Positions 19,467 to 30,535 are shown, numbered from the stretch's first letter. The stretch: DNA of 64,000 nt from Rhodospirillales bacterium (GCA_016712375.1 JADJRE010000014.1:17768-81767); one strand, 5' to 3'. A program made the numbers and translations. Notes: generated by a model not told the origin, from the letters alone.

Positions 19467-20717
19467 GGCTTTGCTCCTGCGTACTGGGTGACTTCCATGA
19501 GCGCGCGCAGTCCGGTGAGCCGGCCGACGGGGCCGGCGCGGGCGACTGCGATGCGCACAAGCTCGCCATCGTGCCGCTGCCGAAAATCAAGCAGCCGGGC
19601 ACCCGCTTCCAGGCTGACGGCGTTGGCCACTAACCGGCCGCCAGACGGCAGCCTGTCCCAACAACGCTCCAGCAGGCCGGTGCGTGCCGCTCCGCCGCCG
19701 ACGAAGATCGCATCCGGTGCTGCATCGATGCTTGCGAAAACCTCGGGTGCGGCACCCTGGACGACGCGGATCTGCGGCACTCCCAGCGCCGTCGCATTGC
19801 GGGCGATGGTGGCACAGCGGCCGGCATCTCGCTCGATCGCCACTGCACCGGCCTCGCCGCCCCCCGCTCGCCGCCAGCAGGGGACCGCGCGCAGCCACTC
19901 GATGGCGATGGAGCCGGAGCCGGCGCCGACGTCCCACAGCGTCTCGCCCGGCTGCGGCGCCAGTGCGGCGATCGTCGCTGCGCGAACCTCGCGCTTGGTG
20001 AGCTGACCGTCGTTCTCGAACAGGGCGTCCGGCAGGCCCGGCACGCGCGGCAGAAGCCGGGGGCGGGGGCCGGCGCGGCATTCGATGGCTAGTGTGTTGA
20101 GATTTGCCGCGCGCGGATGATCCCAAGTCTCTGCCAGGCCTTCCAGCCGCCGCTCCTCGGTGCTGCCGAGGTGTTCAAGTACGGTAATGGCGCTCGGCCC
20201 GAAACCGCGCGCGATCAACAGTGCTGCGGCGCGTGCCGGCGTGTCGCCGTCGCGGCTGAGCACAAGCAGTCGGGCGCCGGGCTGGATATGCAGGTTCAGC
20301 GTCTCCAGCGCGGCCGTGCACGCTGACGCATTCCACATCCGCGAGTGGCCACAGCATGCGCGCGGCGGCGAGGCTGAAGGCGCCGGGATGCGGGATCACC
20401 GCCATCTCGTCTGGCCCGAACGTGCGGGCGAGGTTGGCGCCGCCGACGAACCACATGGGATCACCGGTCGCCAACACAACCCCCCGTCTGCCGCGCCAGC
20501 GGGCGATCTCGTCTGCCGCCCGGTGCACGCCGCCCTCCCAGGTCAGCCGCTCCGCTGGCGTCGTCGCGACCATCGCCTGGTGACGCTCGCCGCCGACCAG
20601 CAGTTCGGCTCCGTCGATCAGCGCTCGAACGGACGGCGCCAGCCCCTCGAGGCCGTCATCGCCGACGCCGACAACATTGATCCAAGGGCCGGTGCTTTCG
20701 CTTGTAGTCCCGCTCAT
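19463..20717 (-). pseudogene. cobL: precorrin-6Y C5,15-methyltransferase (decarboxylating) CobL (CbiE+CbiT), frame broken once as sequenced
   Basis: ORF 20175..20717 (INVVGVGDDG...ATGDPMWFVGG...CVSVHGRA) continues in ORF 19463..20338 (LETLNLHIQPGARLLVLS...WDVGAGSGSIAIEW...). The break is near 20310. ATG 20717 overlaps the cobH stop (ATGA). Confidence 0.85.
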
Positions 20718-22288
20718 GCTGGCGCTCCCGCGAGCGCGTTGATCGCCGCTGCGGCGAAGGCGCTGCCACCACGCCTCCCGCGCAGCGTCACGTACGGCAC
20801 CCCGCCTGAATGCGCGATCAGCGCCTCCTTCGACTCCGCCGCGCCGACAAAGCCAACCGGGAAGCCCAGAATAACCGCCGGTCTCGGCGCACCTGAATCA
20901 AGCAGCTCCAGCAGGCGAAACAGTGCGGTGGGTGCGTTGCCGATGGCGACGACGGCGCCTTCCAGCCGATCGCGCCAGCGCTCAACCGCGGCGGCGGAAC
21001 GCGTGGTGCCGGCCGCCTGGGCTGCCTCGGCGATGCCCGGCTCGCGCAGCGTACACAGCACGGCGTTGGCAGCCGGCAGGTGGGCACGGATGACTCCCGC
21101 AGCCACCATCTCGGCGTCGACGAGGATGATGCTTCCCCTGGCCAACGCCCGACGCCCGGCCTCGACCGCGTCCGCGGTCCAGGCGAGGTCGGCGACGATG
21201 CCGGGATCACCCGCGGCGTGGATCATCCGCACCAGCAGCGGCTCGATATCCGCAGGCACCGTGGACAGGTCCGCCTCGGCGCGGATCGTCGCGAACGAGC
21301 GACGGTAGATTTCCTGCGGATCACGCAGATAGTCATCGGCGGTCGTGGCGGCGGTGACCGTCCTAGCGCGAGAGGCGTTCTCGATCCCTAGAATCCACGC
21401 CTCCTCCGTCTCCACCACGTGCCGCTGTTCGGCGCTCAGGGACGCCGGTCCAGCGAACAGCGACGCCAGCCGGCCATCCTCGTCAAGGCGGGCGAGTTGC
21501 TCGACCACCGCGTGAACCTGGCGAGCATCCTTGACCGGGTGGGCGACGGCGGCCGACTGGAAGATCGACGGATAGATCTCGGCGAGCAGCACCCGCCAGC
21601 CCGCGTCCGCCGGACGGTTGAGCTGGCGCAGGCCAGTTTCGAACGGCCACACGCGCACCCGATCGTCCAGCCAGGGGTGCCGGCGCAGTTGGTGGAGATG
21701 GGCAATGCCCATCAGCGTTTGACTGCCGACGCAGCCGGGATAGGCGAGCTTCCACACTGGGTGCGGGCCGCCTGCGGCAAGGTCGCACAGTCGCAGTTCA
21801 GCGAGGCCGTTCCCATCGGCGTCGGCAAAGCCGTCCGGCTTTCGGCCCGAGAGCATTGCGCCGGCCGACTGCGGCGGGCAGCCCCAGAACGGAAAGGCGG
21901 TCCCGGAGAGCCGCTCATTCAGCGCTGCTGCGACCTCAAAACGGTTGTTGGCATTGTCGTCCCCGTCGCGAATGCGGCCGGCCAGCTCGGACCATACCGC
22001 CCGCCAGTCGCCCCCCTCGCCGTACAGCATCCGCGCGAAGCCTGCGGGATAGCCGAAGGCGAAGTCGAACCCTGCGAGCACCGTCCTGTCGCGGGCGACC
22101 AGGTCGGCCAAATAATCGGCGAGGAACGCCATCGCCTGTCGGCGCGTCGGGGGATTGATAAGGCGCGCCGGTGGCAACGCACTGTCGCCGCGTTCGGCGG
22201 TGGCGATCCAGATGCTGTCGGCGCCGGTGGTTGGCACCGCGGCGGCGCTCCAATCGACCATCACGTAGGAATCGAAAACGGCGGGCAT
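20714..22288 (-). CDS. cobH: precorrin-8X methylmutase CobH/CbiC fused to a roughly 310-aa uncharacterised N-terminal domain
   Basis: The C-terminal roughly 210 aa (IYRRSFATIRAEADLS...MIHAAGDP...ILVDAEMV...VAIGNAPTAL...VILGFPVGFVGAAESK) are canonical CobH. The N-terminal part (VMVDWSAAAVP...GFDFAFGYPAGF...FPFWGCP...LAEIYPS) is not a cob domain that I recognise. There is no in-frame stop or plausible internal start at the junction. Confidence 0.8.
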   Translation of the reverse strand: MPAVFDSYVMVDWSAAAVPTTGADSIWIATAERGDSALPPARLINPPTRRQAMAFLADYLADLVARDRTVLAGFDFAFGYPAGFARMLYGEGGDWRAVWSELAGRIRDGDDNANNRFEVAAALNERLSGTAFPFWGCPPQSAGAMLSGRKPDGFADADGNGLAELRLCDLAAGGPHPVWKLAYPGCVGSQTLMGIAHLHQLRRHPWLDDRVRVWPFETGLRQLNRPADAGWRVLLAEIYPSIFQSAAVAHPVKDARQVHAVVEQLARLDEDGRLASLFAGPASLSAEQRHVVETEEAWILGIENASRARTVTAATTADDYLRDPQEIYRRSFATIRAEADLSTVPADIEPLLVRMIHAAGDPGIVADLAWTADAVEAGRRALARGSIILVDAEMVAAGVIRAHLPAANAVLCTLREPGIAEAAQAAGTTRSAAAVERWRDRLEGAVVAIGNAPTALFRLLELLDSGAPRPAVILGFPVGFVGAAESKEALIAHSGGVPYVTLRGRRGGSAFAAAAINALAGAPA

Positions 22289-22321
22289 CGGCTGCGTGTC
22301 CAGCGGACTCGGTTACTCTGC

Positions 22322-23507
22322 CTAGCCCGACCCCTCACCCTTCCGCTCCGCGGGTCCCTCCCTCTCCCGCGAGGGGGAAAGGGCCGGAGCGAGAGCATCG
22401 GGGAGACGAGAATCCGCCTCGCGCTGGTCATGGTGATGGCCGTGTCCCTGGTGATGGTGCCCGTGGCCGTGGCTGTGCCCATGCTGGTGGGTTTGGCTAT
22501 GCCCGTGCCCATCGTCGTGCCCATGCTCGTGCAGTTGGCCATGCCCGTGCCCATGGTCGTGCTCGTGCCCATGGTCGTGCCCGTGCCCATGGTCGTGCCC
22601 GTGCCCGTTGTCGCCATCGGTGCCGATGCCGCGGACATGGAAGTGATGGCCAACCTGCGGTGCGCCCTGGTCGGCTTCGTAGCCCAGCACCTGCTCGCGA
22701 TACTTGCACAGCAGGCAGTTCATCAGGTTGGCGCCATTCAGCGCCTCGCCGAGCCGCTCGACGAAAGTGTCGATAACCAGAGGATGATCGTTAAGGTAGT
22801 CGGCTTTGACGATCTCGATCTCGGGATGCGCCGCCGCGCAGGCGTCGGCATGCGCGTAGATGCGGTCGACCAGGATGCCGGTGAACAGGAAGTACGGAAG
22901 ACGATGATCCGCCGGTAACCGAGCCGCACCGCGTGCCGCAAGCCCTCGTCGACCAGCGGATAGGCGACGCCGGAATAGCAGACCTCGGTCCAGCCGAAGC
23001 CCATGCCCTCCCACAGCATACGCGCCACTTTGGAGATATTGGCGTTGGCGTCAGGATCGTTGGTGCCGCGGCCGACTACCATCAGCAACGTTTCCTTGCG
23101 GGGACTTGGCGTTCGCAGGCCGCCTCGGCGGCAGCGATCCGCGCGGATGCGGCGCGCAGCAGCTTGGTGTCGATCGCCAGTTCGCGCCCGAAGCTTACCG
23201 CTATCTGCGGGTTCTCCGCCGCGAAGGCGTTGATCTCGGACGGCAGGTCGTTCTTGACGTGGCCGGCGGCGAATAGCATCCCGGGCAGGCAGACGATGCG
23301 CTTCGCACCGCGGGCCTTCAGCGCCTCCAGGCCGGTGCGGATGACAGGCCGGGCAAACTCCAGAAAGCCGCTCTCGACGTCGCACTCCGGCAGCCGCTTG
23401 CGTAGGTGCCGGGAGACGGCGTGGAATTCCTCGACCGCCGCCACCGAACGGCTGCCGTGGCCACAGATCATCACGCCTAGGGAATCGGTCGGAACGGAAT
23501 CGGCCAT
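22322..23507 (-). pseudogene. cbiX: sirohydrochlorin cobaltochelatase CbiX, long form with His-rich tail, frame broken twice as sequenced
   Basis: Pieces are 23082..23507 (VMICGHGSR...FLEFARP...LPGMLFAAGHVKND), a middle part in the frame of ORF 22738..23580 (ETLLMVVGRGTNDPDAN...GVAYPLV) and 22322..23014 (PYFLFTGILVDRI...NCLLCKY...HGHDHGHGHDHGHEHDHGHGHG...). Breaks are near 23110 and 22910. Confidence 0.8.
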
Positions 23508-23748
23508 CGCTTGGTCCCTTGCCTTCGAGCGTCGTTGCCGTGAGCGGCGGTCTCGTGCCACCGCTTCCCCGGCTGGTCATCGCCTCCGGCCGGGCTCGGG
23601 TGCGGGACTATAGGGACCGGGCGGGCCTCTGTCACCAGCCGGTCATGGGGAGCGGCGTTGCTGCTCTGCAACTCGCGCCCGGTTGTCGATGGTGAACTGG
23701 ATCAGTTGATCTGGTTCGAACGCCAGGAAAATTATTCGCACCGCGATA

Positions 23749-23799
23749 CAAAGAGAAAAAGATGAAGCATGGCCGCGCACCTGGGAGGTGCGGCTTCAT
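23749..23799 (-). terminator. intrinsic-terminator-like hairpin plus U-tract on the minus strand, no obvious upstream gene
   Basis: The minus strand reads atgaagc-cgcacct-ccc-aggtgcg-cggccat-gcttcat followed by ctttttctcttt. That is a 7-bp inner stem and a 7-bp outer stem, then a T-rich run. Confidence 0.35.
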
Positions 23800-23883
23800 T
23801 ATGATCCGAGCCCGTATTAGAGTCGGGAGACGCTATGACCAAGCTTCGCAGCGTGGGACGGCCTAGGGACAGGATGATCAACC

Positions 23884-24322
23884 GTGAAAATCACGCATTT
23901 TGATCATGTAACCGTCTGTGTGAGCGATCTTGCGGCCGCCAAGCGCTTTTTCGGGCTGCTGGGTTTTGCTGAGGACAAGTCCGTCGTCATCTCTGGCGAG
24001 CGCTTCGCGACATACATGGGGCTCGCCGAGATTGAGGCCGACCATGTCACCCTGGTACTGCCCGGTGCCTCGCCCGGAGTTGAGGTGCAACTCTTGCACT
24101 ATCGGCACCCCGAGGCGGCGCGATACCCCGAACATGGCGAGGCTCGACCGGCTTGGCTTCAACCATATTTGCTTCGCGGTCGATGATATCGAAGCTTTGG
24201 TTGCAAGACTTAGGTCAAACGGGGTCGAGGTGCGGGGCGAACTCACGGGATTCCACGATCGCCAGCTATGCTTTTTGACAGGCCCCGACGGGATTACCGT
24301 CGAGCTGGCGCAGTGGGGTTGA
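23884..24322 (+). pseudogene. VOC family protein (glyoxalase/bleomycin-resistance fold), frame broken once as sequenced
   Basis: ORF 23884..24186 (KITHFDHVTVCVSDLAAAKRFFGLLGF...) continues in the frame of ORF 23930..24322 (LDRLGFNHICFAVDDIEALVARL...GPDGITVELAQ). The break is near 24120. Confidence 0.7.
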
Positions 24323-24353
24323 GCCTCAGAACCCCATAGCGTTCAACGCATCC

Positions 24354-24438
24354 CGTAGGGCGGAACGCGCAAAGCCCTTTCCGCCAGCTTTCGGCGCTGG
24401 TGGGATGGTGCATGTCGCTTCGCTCGATGCACCCTACG
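24354..24438. repeat. REP-like composite palindromic element immediately downstream of typA
   Basis: Three consecutive hairpins: ggcggaa/ttccgcc (24359..24385), ccagc/gctgg (24384..24400) and ggtgcat/atgcacc (24407..24433). They are bracketed by cgtaggg (24354) and ccctacg (24432). The loop contains gtcgcttcgctcg. Confidence 0.4.
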
Positions 24439-26257
24439 CCGCGCGGCTGGCCTTCTTGCGTTCGTGTTCCTTGAGGAAGCGCTTGCGGATGCGAATTGAT
24501 TTTGGCGTCACTTCGACCAGTTCGTCGTCGTTGATGAATTCGAGGCTGTATTCCAGCGTCGTCGCGATCGGCGGCACCAGGATGATGTTCTCGTCCGAAC
24601 CGGCGGCGCGAATGTTGGTGAGCTGCTTGGTCTTCAGCGGGTTGACACAGAGGTCGTTGCCGCGGGCGTGGATGCCGATGACCATGCCCTCGTAGACGTC
24701 GGTGTTGTGGCCGACGAACAGCCGGCCGCGCTCCTGCAGGCTGAACAGCGCGTAGGCCACCGCCTTGCCGGAGGCCATCGAGACCAAGGCGCCGTTAGTT
24801 CGGCGGCCGAGATCTCCCGCGACGCGCGGGCCATAGCGTTCGAACGCGTGGTAAATCAGCCCAGTGCCGGACGTGATGGTGAGAAATTCCGAGCGGAAGC
24901 CAATCAGCCCGCGCGTCGGGATGGTGTAGTCGAGGCGGACCCGGCCGCGCCCGTCCGGCACCATGTCTTTCAGTTCGCCGCGCCGCTCGCCCAGCTTCTC
25001 CATCACCGATCCCTGGTGCTGCTCCTCGACATCGACGGTCAGCGTCTCCCAGGGCTCCATCGGCTCGCCGTCGATCGTCTTGACGATCACCTCCGGCCGC
25101 GAAATGGCGAGCTCGTAGCCCTCGCGGCGCATGTTCTCGATCAGCACCGCCAGGTGCAGCTCGCCCCGGCCCGAGACCTTGAACTTGTCCGGGTTCTCCG
25201 CCGGCTCGACGCGCAATGCGACGTTGTGGATCAGCTCCTCGTCGAGCCGTTCGCGCAGGTTCCGGCTGGTGACGTACTTGCCCTCGCGCCCGCCCAGCGG
25301 CGAGTCGTTGACCTGGAAGGTCATGCTGATGGTGGGCTCGTCGACCAGCAGTGCCGGCAACGGCTCAACCGCGTCCGGATCGCAGATGGTATCGGAGATC
25401 TTCAGCCCATCGATGCCGGTGAAGGAAATAATGTCGCCGGCTTTCGCCACGTCCAGTTCGATTCGCTCGAGCCCGTGGAAGGCGAGAATTTGCAGCACGC
25501 GGCCGCGCCGCAGCGTGCCATCGGCGCCGGCAATCGCCACCTGCGAGTTGCGCAGCAGGCGGCCGCGGCGGATCCGCGCGATGCCGATGACGCCGACGTA
25601 GCTCGAATAGTCGAGCGCGCTGACCTGCATCTGCAGCGGGCCATCGGGATCGACCTCGGGGGCCGGTACGTTGCGCACGATGGTATCGAACAGCGCCGTC
25701 ATGCCACCGTCGCGAACGCTCGAGTCCTCGGACGCCCAGCCCTGGATGGCCGATGCATAGAGATGCGGAAAGTCCATCTGCTCGTGCGTCGCCCCAAGCC
25801 GGTCGAACAAGTCGAAAGTCTGGTCGATCACCCAGTCGGGCCGGGCCGACGGCCGGTCGACCTTGTTGACGACGACGATCGGCTTCAGGCCGCGCGCCAG
25901 CGCCTTGCGGGTGACAAAGGTGGTTTGCGGCATGGGCCCTTCGACCGCGTCGACCAGCAGCAGGACCGAGTCCACCATCGACAGCGCGCGTTCTACCTCG
26001 CCGCCGAAATCTGCGTGTCCGGGGGTATCGACGATGTTGATCCGCCAGCCTTCCCAGTCGATCGCCGTGTTCTTGGCGAGGATGGTGATGCCGCGCTCGC
26101 GCTCCAGGTCGTTGGAGTCCATCATCCGCTCCTGCACGTCGCCGTGCGCCCGCAGGCTGCCGGACTGGCGCAGCATCTGGTCGACCAGCGTCGTCTTGCC
26201 GTGATCAACATGCGCAACGATGGCGACATTGCGTATGCGATCGGCCGCTCCGGCCAT
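24434..26257 (-). CDS. typA: translational GTPase TypA/BipA
   Basis: [36 protein letters not shown] and VVNKVDR GTPase motifs, full-length 607 aa with EF-G-like domains. Confidence 0.95.
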   Translation of the reverse strand: MAGAADRIRNVAIVAHVDHGKTTLVDQMLRQSGSLRAHGDVQERMMDSNDLERERGITILAKNTAIDWEGWRINIVDTPGHADFGGEVERALSMVDSVLLLVDAVEGPMPQTTFVTRKALARGLKPIVVVNKVDRPSARPDWVIDQTFDLFDRLGATHEQMDFPHLYASAIQGWASEDSSVRDGGMTALFDTIVRNVPAPEVDPDGPLQMQVSALDYSSYVGVIGIARIRRGRLLRNSQVAIAGADGTLRRGRVLQILAFHGLERIELDVAKAGDIISFTGIDGLKISDTICDPDAVEPLPALLVDEPTISMTFQVNDSPLGGREGKYVTSRNLRERLDEELIHNVALRVEPAENPDKFKVSGRGELHLAVLIENMRREGYELAISRPEVIVKTIDGEPMEPWETLTVDVEEQHQGSVMEKLGERRGELKDMVPDGRGRVRLDYTIPTRGLIGFRSEFLTITSGTGLIYHAFERYGPRVAGDLGRRTNGALVSMASGKAVAYALFSLQERGRLFVGHNTDVYEGMVIGIHARGNDLCVNPLKTKQLTNIRAAGSDENIILVPPIATTLEYSLEFINDDELVEVTPKSIRIRKRFLKEHERKKASRAA

Positions 26258-26509
26258 AGGGTCGCTCCTGACTATCTATGTGGTGTTCGATGATGAACGG
26301 GCGCGCCGCGCGACGGCGCCAGCCCTGACATGGGTTCGCATGGCCGCAGCGTGCAAAGTCACACGTCGCCAGCCTGTTCGCAGATGCAGTATAACAGAAG
26401 CCGGGGCGGCGTCGATCGTCAACAGGCGCAACGCCACCGATCAGGCAGCTTGGCGAGTTACGACCGCATGCCGCTTGACACTAGTTCGCAACATGCGCAA
26501 GTGTGGCTT

Positions 26510-28491
<1,982 letters not shown>

Positions 28492-28532
28492 ACTTCAGGA
28501 ACCTCGACAGACTCGTCATCACGCGCGAAAGC

Positions 28533-28578
28533 GAAGCGATCCACCGCCCGCAGCACTTGGCAAACCGTGGATCGCTTC
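28533..28578. repeat. 12-bp perfect inverted repeat (REP-like) downstream of thiC
   Basis: gaagcgatccac (28533..28544) and gtggatcgcttc (28567..28578) are separated by 22 nt. Imperfect outer arms are cgtcat (about 28514) and atgacg (about 28600). Confidence 0.35.
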
Positions 28579-28624
28579 ACCAGCGGAGCGCGTTCCCAAT
28601 GACGCCAATGCGCATGCAGGCGTT

Positions 28625-29002
28625 TCAACGCGCATTGGTTTTCGCCTGAACGTATGCCTTCAGCACCGCGTTGATGCGGGTCTGATATTGGGGGCCGCGG
28701 GAACGGAAGTAATCCAGAACGTCCTTGTCGAGGCGGATGCTGATAACTCGCTTACGCTCCGGCATAACGACTTCTGCCGAGCGGAACCAAGCATCGTCCA
28801 GCAGGGGAGCCGCATCGGGATCATCCGCGACCGCTCGTTTGATGTCGGCCTCGGTGAGGCTGTCCGCCCTTCTCCAATCGGCTTCAGTCACCAGTCCCCG
28901 AACCGACTTTCCGGTAATATTGCCCATTCGAATGGATCCATTTACCAGACCTTTATGCAAAGCGGCCCTTTGCGAGGCGACCGCTTTCGTGCTTCCAGAC
29001 AT
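28625..29002 (-). CDS. BrnA-like antitoxin / DUF4415-type small protein
   Basis: C-terminal 125 codons of track ORF 28625..30103, from ATG 29002 preceded by gggagga. ...EADIKRAVADDPDAAPLLDDAWFRSAEVVMPERKRVISIRLDKDVLDYFRSRGPQYQTRINAVLKAYV matches the BrnA/DUF4415 pattern. Confidence 0.6.
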   Translation of the reverse strand: MSGSTKAVASQRAALHKGLVNGSIRMGNITGKSVRGLVTEADWRRADSLTEADIKRAVADDPDAAPLLDDAWFRSAEVVMPERKRVISIRLDKDVLDYFRSRGPQYQTRINAVLKAYVQAKTNAR

Positions 29003-29281
29003 TTCTTTGTTCCTCCCGACTGGTATATTTATGTTTTGTATATACATCATGCGCAGGTTATTCGCAAGCTTGCAACCGGCTTTTTTTGCCGTCCAGAAGC
29101 GGCGTGCCGGAACGAGCGAAGTTCGCCTACTTCTGGTCCATGTGCGGCTCACGTTCTCTTGATGAACCCACGTTCTGCTTGATGAAGCCCAGGGGTCTGG
29201 CACGTGGCGCAGATGGTGGTGGCGGCGGAGAGGCGTGCTCCCAATCTGCACGGCAGATGAAGCGACTAGAGGAGTGCGGCC

Positions 29282-30445
29282 TTGCCGGACGGCGAAGAGA
29301 GGCTGACGGTCGAAGTGCTGAGCGGTGTCGCCGACGTTCCGGCGGGGGAGTGGGATGCGTGTGCCGGGACGGCTGATCCCTTTGTCCGACATGCCTTCTT
29401 CGCTGCACTTGAGGCGTCCGGTTCGGCGTCCCCGGAGCGCGGATGGCTTCCAAGGCATCTGGCGGCGTACGGCCCGCGTCGCCTGCTCGAAGGCATCTTG
29501 CCGCTTTACCTGAAGAGCCATTCCTACGGGGAGTACGTCTTCGACTGGGCTTGGGCGGAAGCGTTCGAGCGGGCTGGCGGCCGTTATTATCCCAAGCTGC
29601 AGGCCGCGATCCCCTTTACTCCCGTTACCGGACGGCGGGTGCTGATCCGTGAGGGCGCTCCCCCCGCTACCTTTGGCGCGTTGATCGATGCCGCGCTGCG
29701 GCTGGTCGGCAAGCTTGGCGTCTCCTCGCTGCATGTCACCTTCCCCACTGAAGCCGAGGCACGGGCGCTGCAAGGCCGCGGCTTCCTGGTGCGCCTCGGC
29801 CATCAGTTCCACTGGTGCAACCGCGGTTACGGCACTTTCAACGATTTTCTCGCCGATCTCGCGGCGCGCAAGCGCAAGGCGATCCGCAAGGAGCGCCAAA
29901 AGGCCCTGACTGACGTGGTGCTGCGCACGCTGACCGGTCCCGATATCGAGGAGCGGCACTGGCAGGCGTTCTGGCGCTTCTACCTGGACACGACGCAACG
30001 CAAATGGGCGCACGCCTATCTCACGCGCGACTTCTTCTTCAGGCTTGGGGAGACGATGGCTGACCGCGTGGTGCTGGTGATTGCCGAAAACATGGCTGGC
30101 CACCCGATCGGCGGCGCGCTCAATCTGCTGGGTGCCGATGCCCTCTATGGCCGCTACTGGGGAGCCAGCGAGGACCGGCCGTTTCTACACTTCGAGGCGT
30201 GCTACTACCGTGCCATCGACTTCGCCATCGACCGCGGTCTCGCACGCGTTGAAGCCGGCGCACAAGGGGAGCACAAGGTTCGGCGTGGCTATCTGCCAAC
30301 ACGGACCTGGAGTGCGCACTGGATCGCTCACGATGGCCTCCGCCGTGCCATCGGCCGATTCCTCGATGCGGAACGGCCGACGGTTGAGGCGGAAATGGCC
30401 GCACTGGCTCTGGAGTCGCCGTATCGGGACGACGCTGGCGGCTGA
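29282..30445 (+). CDS. GNAT-fold FemAB-like protein (DUF482/COG3146 family)
   Basis: WDACAG..DPFVRHAFFAALEASGSA...YLKSHSYGEYVFDWAWA...YYPKLQAAIPFTP...GRYWG...FEACYYRAIDFAI...EAGAQGEHK is the conserved pattern of this family. TTG start. Confidence 0.75.
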   Translation: MPDGEERLTVEVLSGVADVPAGEWDACAGTADPFVRHAFFAALEASGSASPERGWLPRHLAAYGPRRLLEGILPLYLKSHSYGEYVFDWAWAEAFERAGGRYYPKLQAAIPFTPVTGRRVLIREGAPPATFGALIDAALRLVGKLGVSSLHVTFPTEAEARALQGRGFLVRLGHQFHWCNRGYGTFNDFLADLAARKRKAIRKERQKALTDVVLRTLTGPDIEERHWQAFWRFYLDTTQRKWAHAYLTRDFFFRLGETMADRVVLVIAENMAGHPIGGALNLLGADALYGRYWGASEDRPFLHFEACYYRAIDFAIDRGLARVEAGAQGEHKVRRGYLPTRTWSAHWIAHDGLRRAIGRFLDAERPTVEAEMAALALESPYRDDAGG

Positions 30446-30535
30446 ACAGAGCCGTTCCCGTCCCCCATTTTGTCCTGCCATTTCCTCCCGTCGCGCTCAC
30501 CAATTATTAATGAGCGGCGTGGCAAGATTGTTGGC

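Noticed and set aside
22430-22625. Short tandem repeats as a CRISPR-like or VNTR array
   Set aside because: The 18-nt periodicity lies inside the cbiX coding frame and encodes the His-Gly-Asp tail. There is no spacer structure.
21419-22918. 499-aa ORF on the plus strand, including a PVPMVV repeat
   Set aside because: Antisense to the cobH fusion and to the His-rich tail of cbiX. The repeat is simply the complement of the HGHDHG-encoding repeat.
23700-23730. tRNA-like T-loop (ctggttcgaacgccag)
   Set aside because: Only a 4-bp stem around a ttcgaac loop. No acceptor, D or anticodon arms can be drawn from the flanking sequence.
23508-23760. Cobalamin riboswitch upstream of cbiX
   Set aside because: Only scattered partial matches to the B12 element cores on either strand, and no GCCACTG box. 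I could not build the conserved helices, so it is kept as an open question in the findings rather than as a feature.
24668-26293. 541-aa ORF on the plus strand
   Set aside because: Antisense to typA, which is full length with canonical GTPase motifs. The composition is Arg/Asp/Val low complexity.
29040-29100. Terminator-like gcaagcttgc ... ggcttttttt on the plus strand
   Set aside because: The stem is only a 5-bp self-complementary HindIII-type palindrome separated from the T-run, and no plus-strand gene ends nearby. It is more likely part of the AT-rich promoter/operator of the BrnA-like gene.
28625-30103. 492-aa ORF on the minus strand
   Set aside because: Only the last 125 codons (BrnA-like, own RBS and ATG at 29002) look real. 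The rest is Arg/Pro/Gly-rich antisense read-through of the well-supported FemAB-like gene on the plus strand (29282..30445).
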